This document shows positions 1 to 9,599 of a stretch of 64,000 nt of DNA, piece after piece. Origin of the DNA: an uncultured Gammaproteobacteria bacterium (lineage in GTDB: Bacteria > Pseudomonadota > Gammaproteobacteria > DRLM01); contig CAVSNY010000003.1 in NCBI GenBank assembly GCA_963729605.1, positions 1 to 64,000 of the forward strand, given 5' to 3'. Positions within the stretch are counted from its first letter, which is position 1. Each line of letters opens with the position of its first letter. The notes beneath the pieces are model-generated. The model did not search any database. It had not been told where the DNA came from and saw only the letters and a list, made by a program, of their open reading frames with translations. A program made the translations under genes and the position numbers.

Positions 1-3000
1 TTGACGTCGCCATTCGGCGAACGCAGCGTGGTCGATCGTCCTTTCGTGACGTCGGACAACACCGTGAGGGTGCCGCTGCCGTCGACGCGGCCGATCGTCA
101 CGTTGGTCGACGGCAACAAGGCCATGAAGCTGTCGTCGAGATCGAGCACGGCGCCCGCGTTGGCGGCGCCGCCGAGCTGGATGGCGCGCGTGCCGGTGCC
201 GGGTTGCAATATCCACGCACCTGTGCCGGTTAGCGTGCCGCCCGCATCCATCTTGTCGCCGGTCAGCACCAAGTCGTGGACGCCGCCCGCGACGCCGTTG
301 TTCAGCGCCAGCGTGCCGGTGCCGGCGTTGATCTGCGAGTTGCCGCCGAGCGTGACCTGATTGTTGAGCGTGATGCCCGTGCCTTGCAGCGTGCCGTTGA
401 GGGCGATCGCGCCGGTATTGTAGGTCTGCGAGCCGCCGGTCGTGACATTGGTCAGGCCGATCGCGCCCGTGCCGTTGACCGCGAGATCGCCGACGCTGGC
501 CTGCAATTGATTCAAGCCCGTCACGCCGCCCGCGCCCAGGTTCAGGGTGAGATCGTCGCCGCCCGACACCGCGCCGCCGAGGGTGACGTTGCCGCCGCCG
601 CTGCTCAGCGTGAGGTTCGCGTCCAAGTTCAAGGTGTCACTGAACGCGATATCGCCGCCCTGACTGTTGAGCACGGCCGCGCCGATGACCTGCGCGGGCG
701 TCGTCACATCGATGTCGCCGCCACGCGCAGTCAGGTTGTTACCTATGATCACCGTGCCGCCGGCGCCGACGTCATAACCGTGGAATACCGACGGACCGGC
801 GAAATTCACGTCGCCGGTGCCGATGCCATCGGTGCGGAGGCGCAGCATGCCCGTGAGATTGCTGCTGTTCGCGTTGCTGACGGTGCCCACCGCGATGTCG
901 CCGTTGGCGGTGGTCGTGAGATTGAGCCCGCCCGCGCTGAACATGCGCGACAGCTCGCTCGCGCTGACATGGAAGGCGCCGGTCGCGGCGACGTCGTCGC
1001 CGACCACGATGCCGCGGCCCGCCGTGCTGCCGAGGATGATGCGGCCCGCGCCGCTGTTGAGCGTGCTCGCGCCCTGCATGTCGATGTCGGCTGCGGTGAT
1101 CGAAAGATCATTGTTGACCGCCGTGACCGACACGCCGTCGAGCAGGATGAAGCTGCCCGCGCCGCTGTCGTCGGCGTCGGCGCGGAACTGCGCCGGACCG
1201 TTGATGGTGCGGCTCTGGGTCAGCGTGAGGTTGTTGAGCGCGTTATAGGTCTGCGCGCTCGCGACGCTGGTGGTGATCTGCGGCAAGGTGACATCGTTGC
1301 CCGAGACATCGACGCTCGCGAGCGGCGTCGCGCCGCCGACCACGCCGCCCAGCACCACGTTGCCGGTGCCGGCGCTGATCACGAGGTCATGATTGCCGTT
1401 GATGGTGCTCGTCGTACCGTTGAAGCGGATATTGCCCGCACCCGCGCCGCTGTTGAGCGTGACGTCGTTGGCGAGTGTCACCGGCCCGGTGACGTCGATG
1501 TTGGCGTTGCCGCTGGTGAGATTGCCCGCGAGCGTCGCGCCAAGGCTGGCGGTGTACTGCTGGCTGCCGGCGGTGGTCACGCCCGCGAGCGACAGATGGA
1601 GCGCGTCGATGCTGAGCGAGGCGAGCGCATCGGTCGCACCGATCGCGCCGTTGATGGCCACGGTGTCGTTGCTGTCGATGTCGAGCGCTTGCGCGCCGTT
1701 CACCGCGCCGTCGATCGTGAGCAGGCTGTTGCTGATGTCGAGATTGACCGCACCGTCCAGCAAATTGATGGCGTCCGCGAAGTGCGTCGTGCCGTTGGAC
1801 GTGACGGTGATGCCCGCCGCCCGGTTGAAGCTCACGGGTCCGTAGAACGTGTGGTGCGTGTCGGTGCCCGCGAGCGTGACGTCGCCGCGGAACTCCGCGG
1901 GCGCGTTCACGTCCACGCCGCCGCGGGCGTTGAGGCTGCTGCCGAACAGCACGCTGTTGGCGTTCGTGACCTGGAGCGCATAGCCGCTGTCACTGCCGAC
2001 GGCCTGGCCGGCCGTGCTGCCGCCGACCGCGCCGTTGAAGGCGATATCGCCGAGCGTGCCGGCGTCGACGCCGAGGTTCTGATTGCCGGTGACACTGCCG
2101 TTGAACGTCATGTCGCCATTGTTGGAGTTGATCGCGACCGCGCCGCCGGTGAGCGCCACGGCGCCGCCGAAGCTGAGGCCGTCATGACCGCTCAGCGTGG
2201 TCGTCGCACCGCTGCGGCCGATGGTCAGCGTGCCGCTGCCGAAATCGGAGGCGGTGTCGCCGTCCGCGAGCGTGACGTCGTTATTGAACGTGACGTTGCC
2301 GCCGTTCTGCACCTGCATGCCGGAGGCGAGGCTCACGGTGTTGCCAAAGGTATTCGCGCCGCTGCCTTGCAGCGTCAGCGCCGCACCGGTGCCGGTGCCG
2401 GCCGAGACCGCGGCGCTGAATTGCTTGGCGCCGCTGCCGGCATTGACCGTGAGGTTTTGCGCACCGCTGATGGTGTTGGCGAAGGTGACGTTGGCGTTGT
2501 TGCTCGCGACCGTGATGTCCTGGGTCGCCAGCGTGACGGGGCCGTTGAAGTCGATCGCGCCGGTGTAGGCGGCGTTGCCGACCGCGCCGTTGAGCGTGAT
2601 GCCGCCCGCGGCGGTGAAGTCCATCGCGCCCGACACCGCGAGGCCCGTGCTCGGCAGGCTCAAGGTCTGCGCCGTGACGTCGAGGCCGGTGAGATTGCTG
2701 TTGATATGCTGGAGACCGGTCACCGTGCCGGCACCGTTCGCGAGCGCGTTCAACGTGAGTTGCTGCGCACCGGACACGGTGTCGCCGAAGCCGATGGTGC
2801 TGCCGTTGGACGTGACGCTGAGCGGTCCGTTGACGAGATTGACGCCGCCGTCGAAGGCGAGGCCGTCGTGGCCGGTGATCGCGAGATTGCCCGCGGTCAC
2901 CGCGCCGGTGAAAGTAGAACCCGTATTGCCATTGCCGAGCGTCGCGTTGCCGTTGAGCGTGACGTCGCCCTCGCTCGTGACGCCCGAGGCCGTCGTCACG

Positions 3001-6000
3001 GTGCTGCCGAACGTCGTCGCGCCGCTGCCTTGCAGCGTGAGCGCCGCGCCGGTGCCGGAACCCACCGGCGTGAAATTGCCGACCGCGCCCGTGAAGGTCT
3101 TGAGGCCCGTGCCCGAGGCGAGCGTGAGATTGTGCGCGCCATTGACGGTGCCGGCGAAGTTGATCGCCGAGTCGGTGCTGGTCACCGTGCTCGCGGCGGT
3201 GACCGTCACCGGGCTGTTGAAGCTGATGGCGCCGGCCGCGGTGCTGGTGAGCGCGCCGCCGAGGCGGATGCTGCCTTCGGTGTCGGTGAGCGTGAAGCTC
3301 TGCGGACCGGCGATGCTGAGTCCGTTCGGCAGGATCAGGCTGTAGGCCGTGAGCGACAGGCCGGCGAGATCCGCTTGCAGATTGCTCAAGCCGACGATGC
3401 TGGCCTGGCCCGCGTCCATGGCGAGCGCGTAGGGGCCGCTTACCGCATTGCCCAAGGTCAGGGGGCTATTGTTGGAGGTGATCGTCGCCGCACCATTGGC
3501 CATCAGCAGGCCGCCGCCGAACGTGAGATTGTCGTAGCCGCTGAAATCCATGCCGCCGGCCTTGCCGAGCGTGACGAGGCCGCTGAAGGTCGAGCCGACA
3601 TTGCCGTCGGCCAGGGTCACGCTGTCGCGGAACACCACGGGGCCGCCGGCGATGATGCCGTTGTTGGCGCTCAAGGTGCTTTCGAAGGTCGTCGTGCCGC
3701 TGCCCATCAGCGTCAGCGCCGTGCTGCCGATGGGGGTGCCGAGATCGCTCACCGCACCGGTGAAGGTGGTGGCGCCGCTGCCGGCATCGATGCTGAGACG
3801 GCGCGTCGCGCCGGTAATGCTGCCGTCGAACAGCACGCCGGAGTTTAGCGTTTGCACCGTAACATTGTTGGCCAGGGTCACGGGGCCGGTGAAGCTGACG
3901 TTGCCCGCCGCGGTGCTGGTGAGATTGTTGTTGAGCGTAATGCCGCCGGATGCGGTGTAGCTCTGCGGACCGGCGATGGTCATGGCCGGCACGCTCAGGG
4001 TCTGCCCGGTGACGTTGAGGCCGGTGGAATTCTGATGCACGTTGGCGAGGCCGTTGACCGTGCCGGCGAGCGAGGTCAGCGCGACGTTGTTGGCGCCGAT
4101 GCTGATGCCGGTGGAATCGTCGACGGTGGTCACCGTGAAGTCGTTGGCGTCGGTGTAGGACAATGCACCGCCCGTGAACGTCGCGGCGAGATTGCTCACA
4201 TTGTTGCCCGCGTTGTTCAAGGTGGCGAAGCCGCCCGTGCCGTAGAGGCGCAGATTCGGCGTGACGATGGGCGCGGTCTGGGTCAGCGCGCCGCCGGTGC
4301 GTAAAGCCAGCTTGTTGGCGACGTCGGCGCCGGCGATCACGAGCGCGTTGGCGTCGATGATCGAGGCATTGCTCGCGGCGTTGATGTCGATGGCGTTGAA
4401 ATCGTTGGCGACGTTTTCGAGCGTGATGGCGTTCGCGCCGGCGTTCAAGCTCGCGGTGCCCGTGACCGTCCACGCGCCGCCCTGGGTGATAGGGCCGTTC
4501 TCCACCACGGTGACGTCGTTGCCGCTCAGGATCAGATTACCGAACTGGTTGCTCGCGCGGTCGAGCACGATGTTGTGGCCATTGAGCGCGCTGAGCGTCA
4601 CGTTCTTGTCATTCATGCTCCAGGCCGCGCCCTGGGTGATGTCATCATTTTCGACGAGGTTGATGTCGGTCGCGGCGGCCACGACCACGTCGCCCAGCGA
4701 GTTATTCACATTGGTGAGGCTGATGCCGTTGGTGCCGGCATTGAGCGTGGTGGTGCCGTTGGTGGTCCAGGCGCTGGTCTGGGCAATACCGTAGGACGTA
4801 TGGGTGTTGCGGATGCTGACCGCGCCCGCGGCACCGCCACCGTCTATCTGGTTGACGTTGACGTAGCGGAACTGGTTGGCCTGATCGAGCGTGATCGCCT
4901 GGTTGTTCGACGTGGTCAGATTGAGCGTGCCGGCGGCGAGATTCCACGCGCCGGACTGGGTGATGGCGTCGTTCTCGCGGATGCTGATAGTGGGATTGGT
5001 GGTCATGCCGGTGACCGCGAGCGCGCCGAAGCTGTTGTCGGCATTGTTGAGCGTGATGCCGCCGCTGAAGTTGTTGAACGTCGTCGTGCCGCCGGTGGTG
5101 ACGGGGCCACTCTGCGAGAGCGTGAGATTGTTCAAGCCGGTATGGCCGTACAGACCCAAGGTGCCGGCGAGCGAGGTCTCACCCAGCACGATATTGTTGC
5201 GGCCGTAGTAGCTGACGTTGTTGGCCGACACGAAGCGCAGGCCGCCGACCATGTTCTCGTAGTTGTTGAGCGTGATGTTGTTCGCCGCGCCGGCGTCAAA
5301 GCTTGCAACGCCTTTGGTGCGGAAGTAACTCGAAAGGCCGATGTTGCCATTGGCGACGACAGAGAGATCGCCGTTGCCGGTCGCGCTGTTGGTGAAGATA
5401 TGCCAGATGTTGATGCCGTTACTGTCGCGCACGCTGACGTCGTTGGCCTGATCCACCCAAAAGTTCTGGAAATCATTGTCGGCATCGGTGAGCGTGACGT
5501 TCTTGCCCCAGCCGGTGAAAAAGCGCGCGTGGGTGCCGGCGGTGTTGACGACGATGGGACCCGACTGGGTGATGTCACCATTGGGCGCGCGCACGTATAG
5601 TGCATGGCCGCCGTAACCGACGTCCAGCACGTTGCCGCCGGTGATGATCATCGAGGGCAGAGTGACGCTCGGGGCGTTGTCGAAAACGAAGGAGGCACTG
5701 CGCAGGGTGCCAGGGAAACCACCGATGATCGAAGCACCGCTGTTGGTGTTGCGGAACGCCAGATCCCGATAGCTGCCCACACCGCCTGTGGTCATCGTGA
5801 CGGTGCCGGCGAAGTTGTTGCCGTTGCCCGAGCCGCCCAGCAGGAGATCGCTGTTGGCGGCGGTCACGCGGAAGGTCGCGTCGCCGCCGACGCTCACCGA
5901 ACCGCTGTTAGTGGCCTGGTTGCGGATAGTGCCGCCCGCGGTGAGATCGAGGTCGCGGCTCACGGTGGAATTGCCCCAGAATTGGACGGGGCCGTTGCTG

Positions 6001-8501
6001 ACGAGATCGACGTCGCGCGCGGAGCCGATCGTCAGATATTGGAACTGATTGGTGGGGTCGGTCAGGATGATGTCGTTACCGGTGCCGGCATTCATCGTCA
6101 ATACGGTGCTGGTGGGCATGAACAGCCGGCCGGACGCCGTGATGTTGCCGTTGCTGGTCATCGACACCGCGTTGCCCGAGGTCAAATTGCTGAGTGCGAT
6201 GCTGCCGCCGCTGGTCAGCGCCACCGAATTGCCCGCGGTCAGATTGCCCAGCGTAAGATTGCCGCCGCTGTTCAGCGTGGTGGTCGTGCCGGAACTCAAG
6301 GTGCCCGTCGTAAGCGCATTGCTGTCGACGATGTTGATCGAGCCCGCCGCCGTCGCCGTGAGCGCGCCGACGAAGTCGTTCGCATGGGTCATCGTGATGT
6401 CGGCGCTCGAGGTGCCGAAGCCGCCGGAGTTGGCGGTGAGCGTGGTCGTGCCTTGCACCGCCACGGCGGCGCCGCTGCCGATCGGTCCCTTGGTGGTGAC
6501 GCTGAGATTGCCGGCGATGTTCGAGGTCGCGCCGCTGCCGATGCGGATCGCGTTGGTGTCGTTGAGCGTGACGTTGTTGGCGCTGCCGAAGCGCACGAAA
6601 TCGAAATCGGTGTTGGCGCCGGTGATCGTGACGTCGCCGGTGCCCGCGGTGAAGGCCGCGGTACCGAGCACGGTGACCGCGCCCGAGTCGTTGGTGACGT
6701 CGCGGTCGTTGCTGGTGACGTTGAGATTGCCGGTGAGCGTGGTCGCGCCGAGGTCGACCGTGCCGCCGGCGGTGTAGCCGGCGTGATTGACGGTCAAGGC
6801 GCTCGCGGTGACCGTGCCGGCCTTGAGATCGCCGGTCGCGCGCTTGTCGGCCGCGGCGGCGGTGTTGCCGGCATCGACGGTGATGCTGACCGTGCCGGTG
6901 CCGGCATGGATCTGGCCATCGTTCTGGAACGAGGCCGTGCCGGTGTCGCGGTTGGTGTGGTCGGCGCCCGCGTCGTTGGCGACGAAGGTCATGTTGCCGT
7001 TGTCCGAGGTGATGACGGCGTTGACCGCGATACTGCGGCCGGCGCGGAACGACAGCGCACCACCGTTGCCGCTCGCATTATTGCTGGTGATATTGCTGTT
7101 GATGAAGATGTCGTTGTTGGCCTGCAGGTTCACCGCGGTGCCGGTGTTGGTGATCGCGGTGATCGTGTCGGGGGCGATGGTGTGGTCGGTGCTCGCCGCG
7201 TCGGCGAAGGCGTCGACGTCGGCGACATCGGCCGTGGTCGCACCCGTGGCGGCCACCGTGATGTTGCGGGGGTCCAGCAGCAGACTGCCTGCCTCGCCGT
7301 TGGCGGCGCCGGCATCGACATGGCCGCCGAACACCAGATTCTCCTTGCCCGAGACCTCGACGACGCCGCCGTCGCCGGCCTCGCTGCCGCCGCGGGCGCT
7401 GATCTCGCCGGCGTAGCGCGTGGTGTCGTCGGCCCACACGACGACCTTGCCGCCGTCGCCGCGCGCGCCGGCGTCGGCATCGATCTTCACGTCCTTGCCG
7501 ACGTAGGTACGCTCCGCGTTGGCCACGGCCGCGTTGGCGCCGTGGAGATCACCGCCGATCAGGATCTCGCCGCCGCCGGTCTCGCCGCTCGCGTCGACGA
7601 CCGCATTGCCCATCAAGCCGACGTTCTGGCCGGTGACTTCGATGCGCCCGCCTTTGCCGCTCTGCGACGACGCGGCTAGCGTGCCGCGATTGATCACCGT
7701 GCCGCCGCTGCCCGCGCGCAGCAGGATGCGGCCGCCTTCGTTGGTCACGGTATTCGCGCGCACCGCGCCGCTGTTGTTGATCGACAGCGCATAGATGTTG
7801 CCGCCGGCCGCTTGCACCTCGGCCTGCGCCGCCTGCACGAGGCCGCTGTTGTCGATGCCCGTTGCGTTTCCGGCGAGCTGCGCCGGCGCCGCGCCGACCC
7901 ACAGGCGCTGGTTGCCGCTTTCGCGCAGCATGACTTGGGCACCGGCCGCGAGGCCGGCGGCACCGTCGGCGCGGATATCGCCTTGGTTGTCGATCTGCGG
8001 CGCGATCAGGAAGACGTCGCCGCCGAGACCGCGGATGCGGCCTTGATTGGTGATGGCGGCAAGGCTGTTGCCGATGAACTCGAGATCGCCGCCGCTCATG
8101 AAGTCATCGTCGCCGACGTCGAGCGTGCTCGCGATGAAGCTCTGGGTATCGATCACCCCGCTCTTGCCGACCAGGATGCCGTTGCGATTGATCAGATAGA
8201 CCTTGCCGTTGCCGAGCAGACTGCCGAAGATCTGCGACGGTGTGCCCGACACCACGCGATTCAATACCGCGCTCGAGCTGTCGGGCTGAATGAAGCGAGT
8301 GAGCTCGCCCTGCGCTATCGAGAAATCCTGCCAGTTGATGATGGCGCGGTCGGTGAGCTGATTGATGGTGAGGTTGCCGCCCTGACGCGAGAACTCCGCC
8401 ATGCCCGCCGTTAGCTGCTCACCGCTGGGACCTGCCGCTGCTCCTCCCGAGAACCCAAATACTACGAAAAAAAAGGTAATAGAGGTTTTGTAGTACTGCA
8501 T
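1..8501 (-). CDS. Giant filamentous haemagglutinin-family (TpsA-like) exoprotein, partial (3' end beyond left edge; at least 2,833 aa)
   Basis: Manual minus-strand translation from ATG 8501 (alternative 8507): MQYYKTSITFFFVVFGFSGGAAAGPSGEQLTAG...AIINWQDFSIAQGELTRFIQPDSSSAVLNRVVSGTPSQIFGSLLGNGKVYLINRNGILVG = signal peptide plus TPS/haemagglutination-activity domain. The rest is G/T/N/A/S-rich beta-helix repeats. The same frame is still open at position 3. It is absent from the ORF track because there is no stop codon in the window. Confidence 0.93.
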   Translation of the reverse strand, partial: MQYYKTSITFFFVVFGFSGGAAAGPSGEQLTAGMAEFSRQGGNLTINQLTDRAIINWQDFSIAQGELTRFIQPDSSSAVLNRVVSGTPSQIFGSLLGNGKVYLINRNGILVGKSGVIDTQSFIASTLDVGDDDFMSGGDLEFIGNSLAAITNQGRIRGLGGDVFLIAPQIDNQGDIRADGAAGLAAGAQVMLRESGNQRLWVGAAPAQLAGNATGIDNSGLVQAAQAEVQAAGGNIYALSINNSGAVRANTVTNEGGRILLRAGSGGTVINRGTLAASSQSGKGGRIEVTGQNVGLMGNAVVDASGETGGGEILIGGDLHGANAAVANAERTYVGKDVKIDADAGARGDGGKVVVWADDTTRYAGEISARGGSEAGDGGVVEVSGKENLVFGGHVDAGAANGEAGSLLLDPRNITVAATGATTADVADVDAFADAASTDHTIAPDTITAITNTGTAVNLQANNDIFINSNITSNNASGNGGALSFRAGRSIAVNAVITSDNGNMTFVANDAGADHTNRDTGTASFQNDGQIHAGTGTVSITVDAGNTAAAADKRATGDLKAGTVTASALTVNHAGYTAGGTVDLGATTLTGNLNVTSNDRDVTNDSGAVTVLGTAAFTAGTGDVTITGANTDFDFVRFGSANNVTLNDTNAIRIGSGATSNIAGNLSVTTKGPIGSGAAVAVQGTTTLTANSGGFGTSSADITMTHANDFVGALTATAAGSINIVDSNALTTGTLSSGTTTTLNSGGNLTLGNLTAGNSVALTSGGSIALSNLTSGNAVSMTSNGNITASGRLFMPTSTVLTMNAGTGNDIILTDPTNQFQYLTIGSARDVDLVSNGPVQFWGNSTVSRDLDLTAGGTIRNQATNSGSVSVGGDATFRVTAANSDLLLGGSGNGNNFAGTVTMTTGGVGSYRDLAFRNTNSGASIIGGFPGTLRSASFVFDNAPSVTLPSMIITGGNVLDVGYGGHALYVRAPNGDITQSGPIVVNTAGTHARFFTGWGKNVTLTDADNDFQNFWVDQANDVSVRDSNGINIWHIFTNSATGNGDLSVVANGNIGLSSYFRTKGVASFDAGAANNITLNNYENMVGGLRFVSANNVSYYGRNNIVLGETSLAGTLGLYGHTGLNNLTLSQSGPVTTGGTTTFNNFSGGITLNNADNSFGALAVTGMTTNPTISIRENDAITQSGAWNLAAGTLNLTTSNNQAITLDQANQFRYVNVNQIDGGGAAGAVSIRNTHTSYGIAQTSAWTTNGTTTLNAGTNGISLTNVNNSLGDVVVAAATDINLVENDDITQGAAWSMNDKNVTLSALNGHNIVLDRASNQFGNLILSGNDVTVVENGPITQGGAWTVTGTASLNAGANAITLENVANDFNAIDINAASNASIIDANALVIAGADVANKLALRTGGALTQTAPIVTPNLRLYGTGGFATLNNAGNNVSNLAATFTGGALSYTDANDFTVTTVDDSTGISIGANNVALTSLAGTVNGLANVHQNSTGLNVTGQTLSVPAMTIAGPQSYTASGGITLNNNLTSTAAGNVSFTGPVTLANNVTVQTLNSGVLFDGSITGATRRLSIDAGSGATTFTGAVSDLGTPIGSTALTLMGSGTTTFESTLSANNGIIAGGPVVFRDSVTLADGNVGSTFSGLVTLGKAGGMDFSGYDNLTFGGGLLMANGAATITSNNSPLTLGNAVSGPYALAMDAGQASIVGLSNLQADLAGLSLTAYSLILPNGLSIAGPQSFTLTDTEGSIRLGGALTSTAAGAISFNSPVTVTAASTVTSTDSAINFAGTVNGAHNLTLASGTGLKTFTGAVGNFTPVGSGTGAALTLQGSGATTFGSTVTTASGVTSEGDVTLNGNATLGNGNTGSTFTGAVTAGNLAITGHDGLAFDGGVNLVNGPLSVTSNGSTIGFGDTVSGAQQLTLNALANGAGTVTGLQHINSNLTGLDVTAQTLSLPSTGLAVSGAMDFTAAGGITLNGAVGNAAYTGAIDFNGPVTLATQDITVASNNANVTFANTISGAQNLTVNAGSGAKQFSAAVSAGTGTGAALTLQGSGANTFGNTVSLASGMQVQNGGNVTFNNDVTLADGDTASDFGSGTLTIGRSGATTTLSGHDGLSFGGAVALTGGAVAINSNNGDMTFNGSVTGNQNLGVDAGTLGDIAFNGAVGGSTAGQAVGSDSGYALQVTNANSVLFGSSLNARGGVDVNAPAEFRGDVTLAGTDTHHTFYGPVSFNRAAGITVTSNGTTHFADAINLLDGAVNLDISNSLLTIDGAVNGAQALDIDSNDTVAINGAIGATDALASLSIDALHLSLAGVTTAGSQQYTASLGATLAGNLTSGNANIDVTGPVTLANDVTLNSGAGAGNIRFNGTTSTINGNHDLVISAGTGNVVLGGVVGGATPLASVDVSGNDVTLPQITTSVASAQTYNALNNLTLTQSRTINGPAQFRADADDSGAGSFILLDGVSVTAVNNDLSITAADIDMQGASTLNSGAGRIILGSTAGRGIVVGDDVAATGAFHVSASELSRMFSAGGLNLTTTANGDIAVGTVSNANSSNLTGMLRLRTDGIGTGDVNFAGPSVFHGYDVGAGGTVIIGNNLTARGGDIDVTTPAQVIGAAVLNSQGGDIAFSDTLNLDANLTLSSGGGNVTLGGAVSGGDDLTLNLGAGGVTGLNQLQASVGDLAVNGTGAIGLTNVTTGGSQTYNTGAIALNGTLQGTGITLNNQVTLGGNSQINAGTGTLALNNGVAGGVHDLVLTGDKMDAGGTLTGTGAWILQPGTGTRAIQLGGAANAGAVLDLDDSFMALLPSTNVTIGRVDGSGTLTVLSDVTKGRSTTLRSPNGDV

Positions 8502-8548
8502 GACCATCCCTGTTCTTGTTACTGCGACTTCCTAGCTATCGACAATGA

Positions 8549-8570
8549 CAATGTGATCTTGAGCACATAT
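8549..8570. promoter_or_regulatory. CRP/Vfr/Clp-family binding site upstream of the adhesin
   Basis: caaTGTGAtcttgaGCACAtat matches 18 of 22 positions of the CRP consensus AAATGTGATCTAGATCACATTT and lies about 50 bp upstream of the ATG. Confidence 0.65.
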
Positions 8571-9599
8571 TTGAAATTCTTTTTCGAGTTTTTCTCATAG
8601 AACGTGCGTTAATAAAATCCGACGGTCGAAAGATGACGTCCGTTTCGTACCGGTGCGCACGAGCTTCTTGCGGAACGGCGCTGCGATCGCCGCCCGCTGC
8701 CGTGCCTGCGCGGGCGCGCCGTGCGCAGCATCAGCGGCGTGTGTGGCAGGTTCCGTTTTGTTTGGTGGAATGGTGCGGAAAGCTCAGCGCAGACGTTTGA
8801 CCAACGCCGCGGGACGATGAGCATCGTTGAACAGCCGCGTGACTTCTTCGGCGGTCACTGGCTTGTTATGGATTCCCCCCGCATTGCAAAATCCAGAAAC
8901 ATTTTTTTCAACAGGTGAAGGGTGCAGGTATCTATCCGGTCTGTTGGCGAGCCGTTGGATGGGGGCTGGCCATGATGAAATCCGCGCATCGGTTTCCAAA
9001 TAGCCTGACGGCCTGGGCGATGTTATTGCCCTGGCCACTACGCTTCGACGGAGTGTGCCAGTGCCGGTCTTACCTGTTTGCCATCGCTGTTCCTGAATCC
9101 TCGCAACCCTGGGTGGGGGTCTACTCTCCTCGGTGTGTCGGCCCGATGATCTGGCCGTGGCGTTATGGTCGGCGGCGTAACTTAAAGTTACGGTCTACAC
9201 TGTTACATTAAGGACGCTCTGAGTAATGCTATGCCATCCTGGAATTCTCGGAGTACGGAAAGCAAAACATGTCATTTTCGCTTTTTTCATTTTCAATGGT
9301 TGACGCCGTTGAAAATGGCGGCGCCTCCGTGTGCCGCGGGAATCGCTGAATAAATCAGAGGTGCCCTAAGCTTGTTGCATGCGCCGGCGGCTGGTGATGC
9401 GGCGCGTGCCAAGATTCGGTTTTGCATTACTAAAATATCCGCGTGCCCGCAAGAGATTTTGCCTGGCGCTGGTGTAGCGAGTATAACTAGCGAACCGGCC
9501 GGGTAGTAACCGCGGCTGCGGGGAGCAGCCGGGCCGCCAATGCCTCGATCATGACGCCGTGCTCATGGTGCATGCCTGGTTGACGCAAAAGGGGTGGCC

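Noticed and set aside
276-8414. Very long + strand ORFs (276..3848, 5604..7679 and others)
   Set aside because: Antisense shadows of the GC-rich, repetitive adhesin gene, with no recognisable motifs.
8467-8474. T8 tract in the adhesin signal-peptide coding region as a phase-variation switch
   Set aside because: In frame, only 8 nt, and explained by Phe-Phe-Phe codons; there is no evidence of length variation without reads.
9222-9237. Minus-strand TGGCATAGCATTACT as a sigma54 promoter
   Set aside because: It lacks GC at the required GG-N10-GC spacing.
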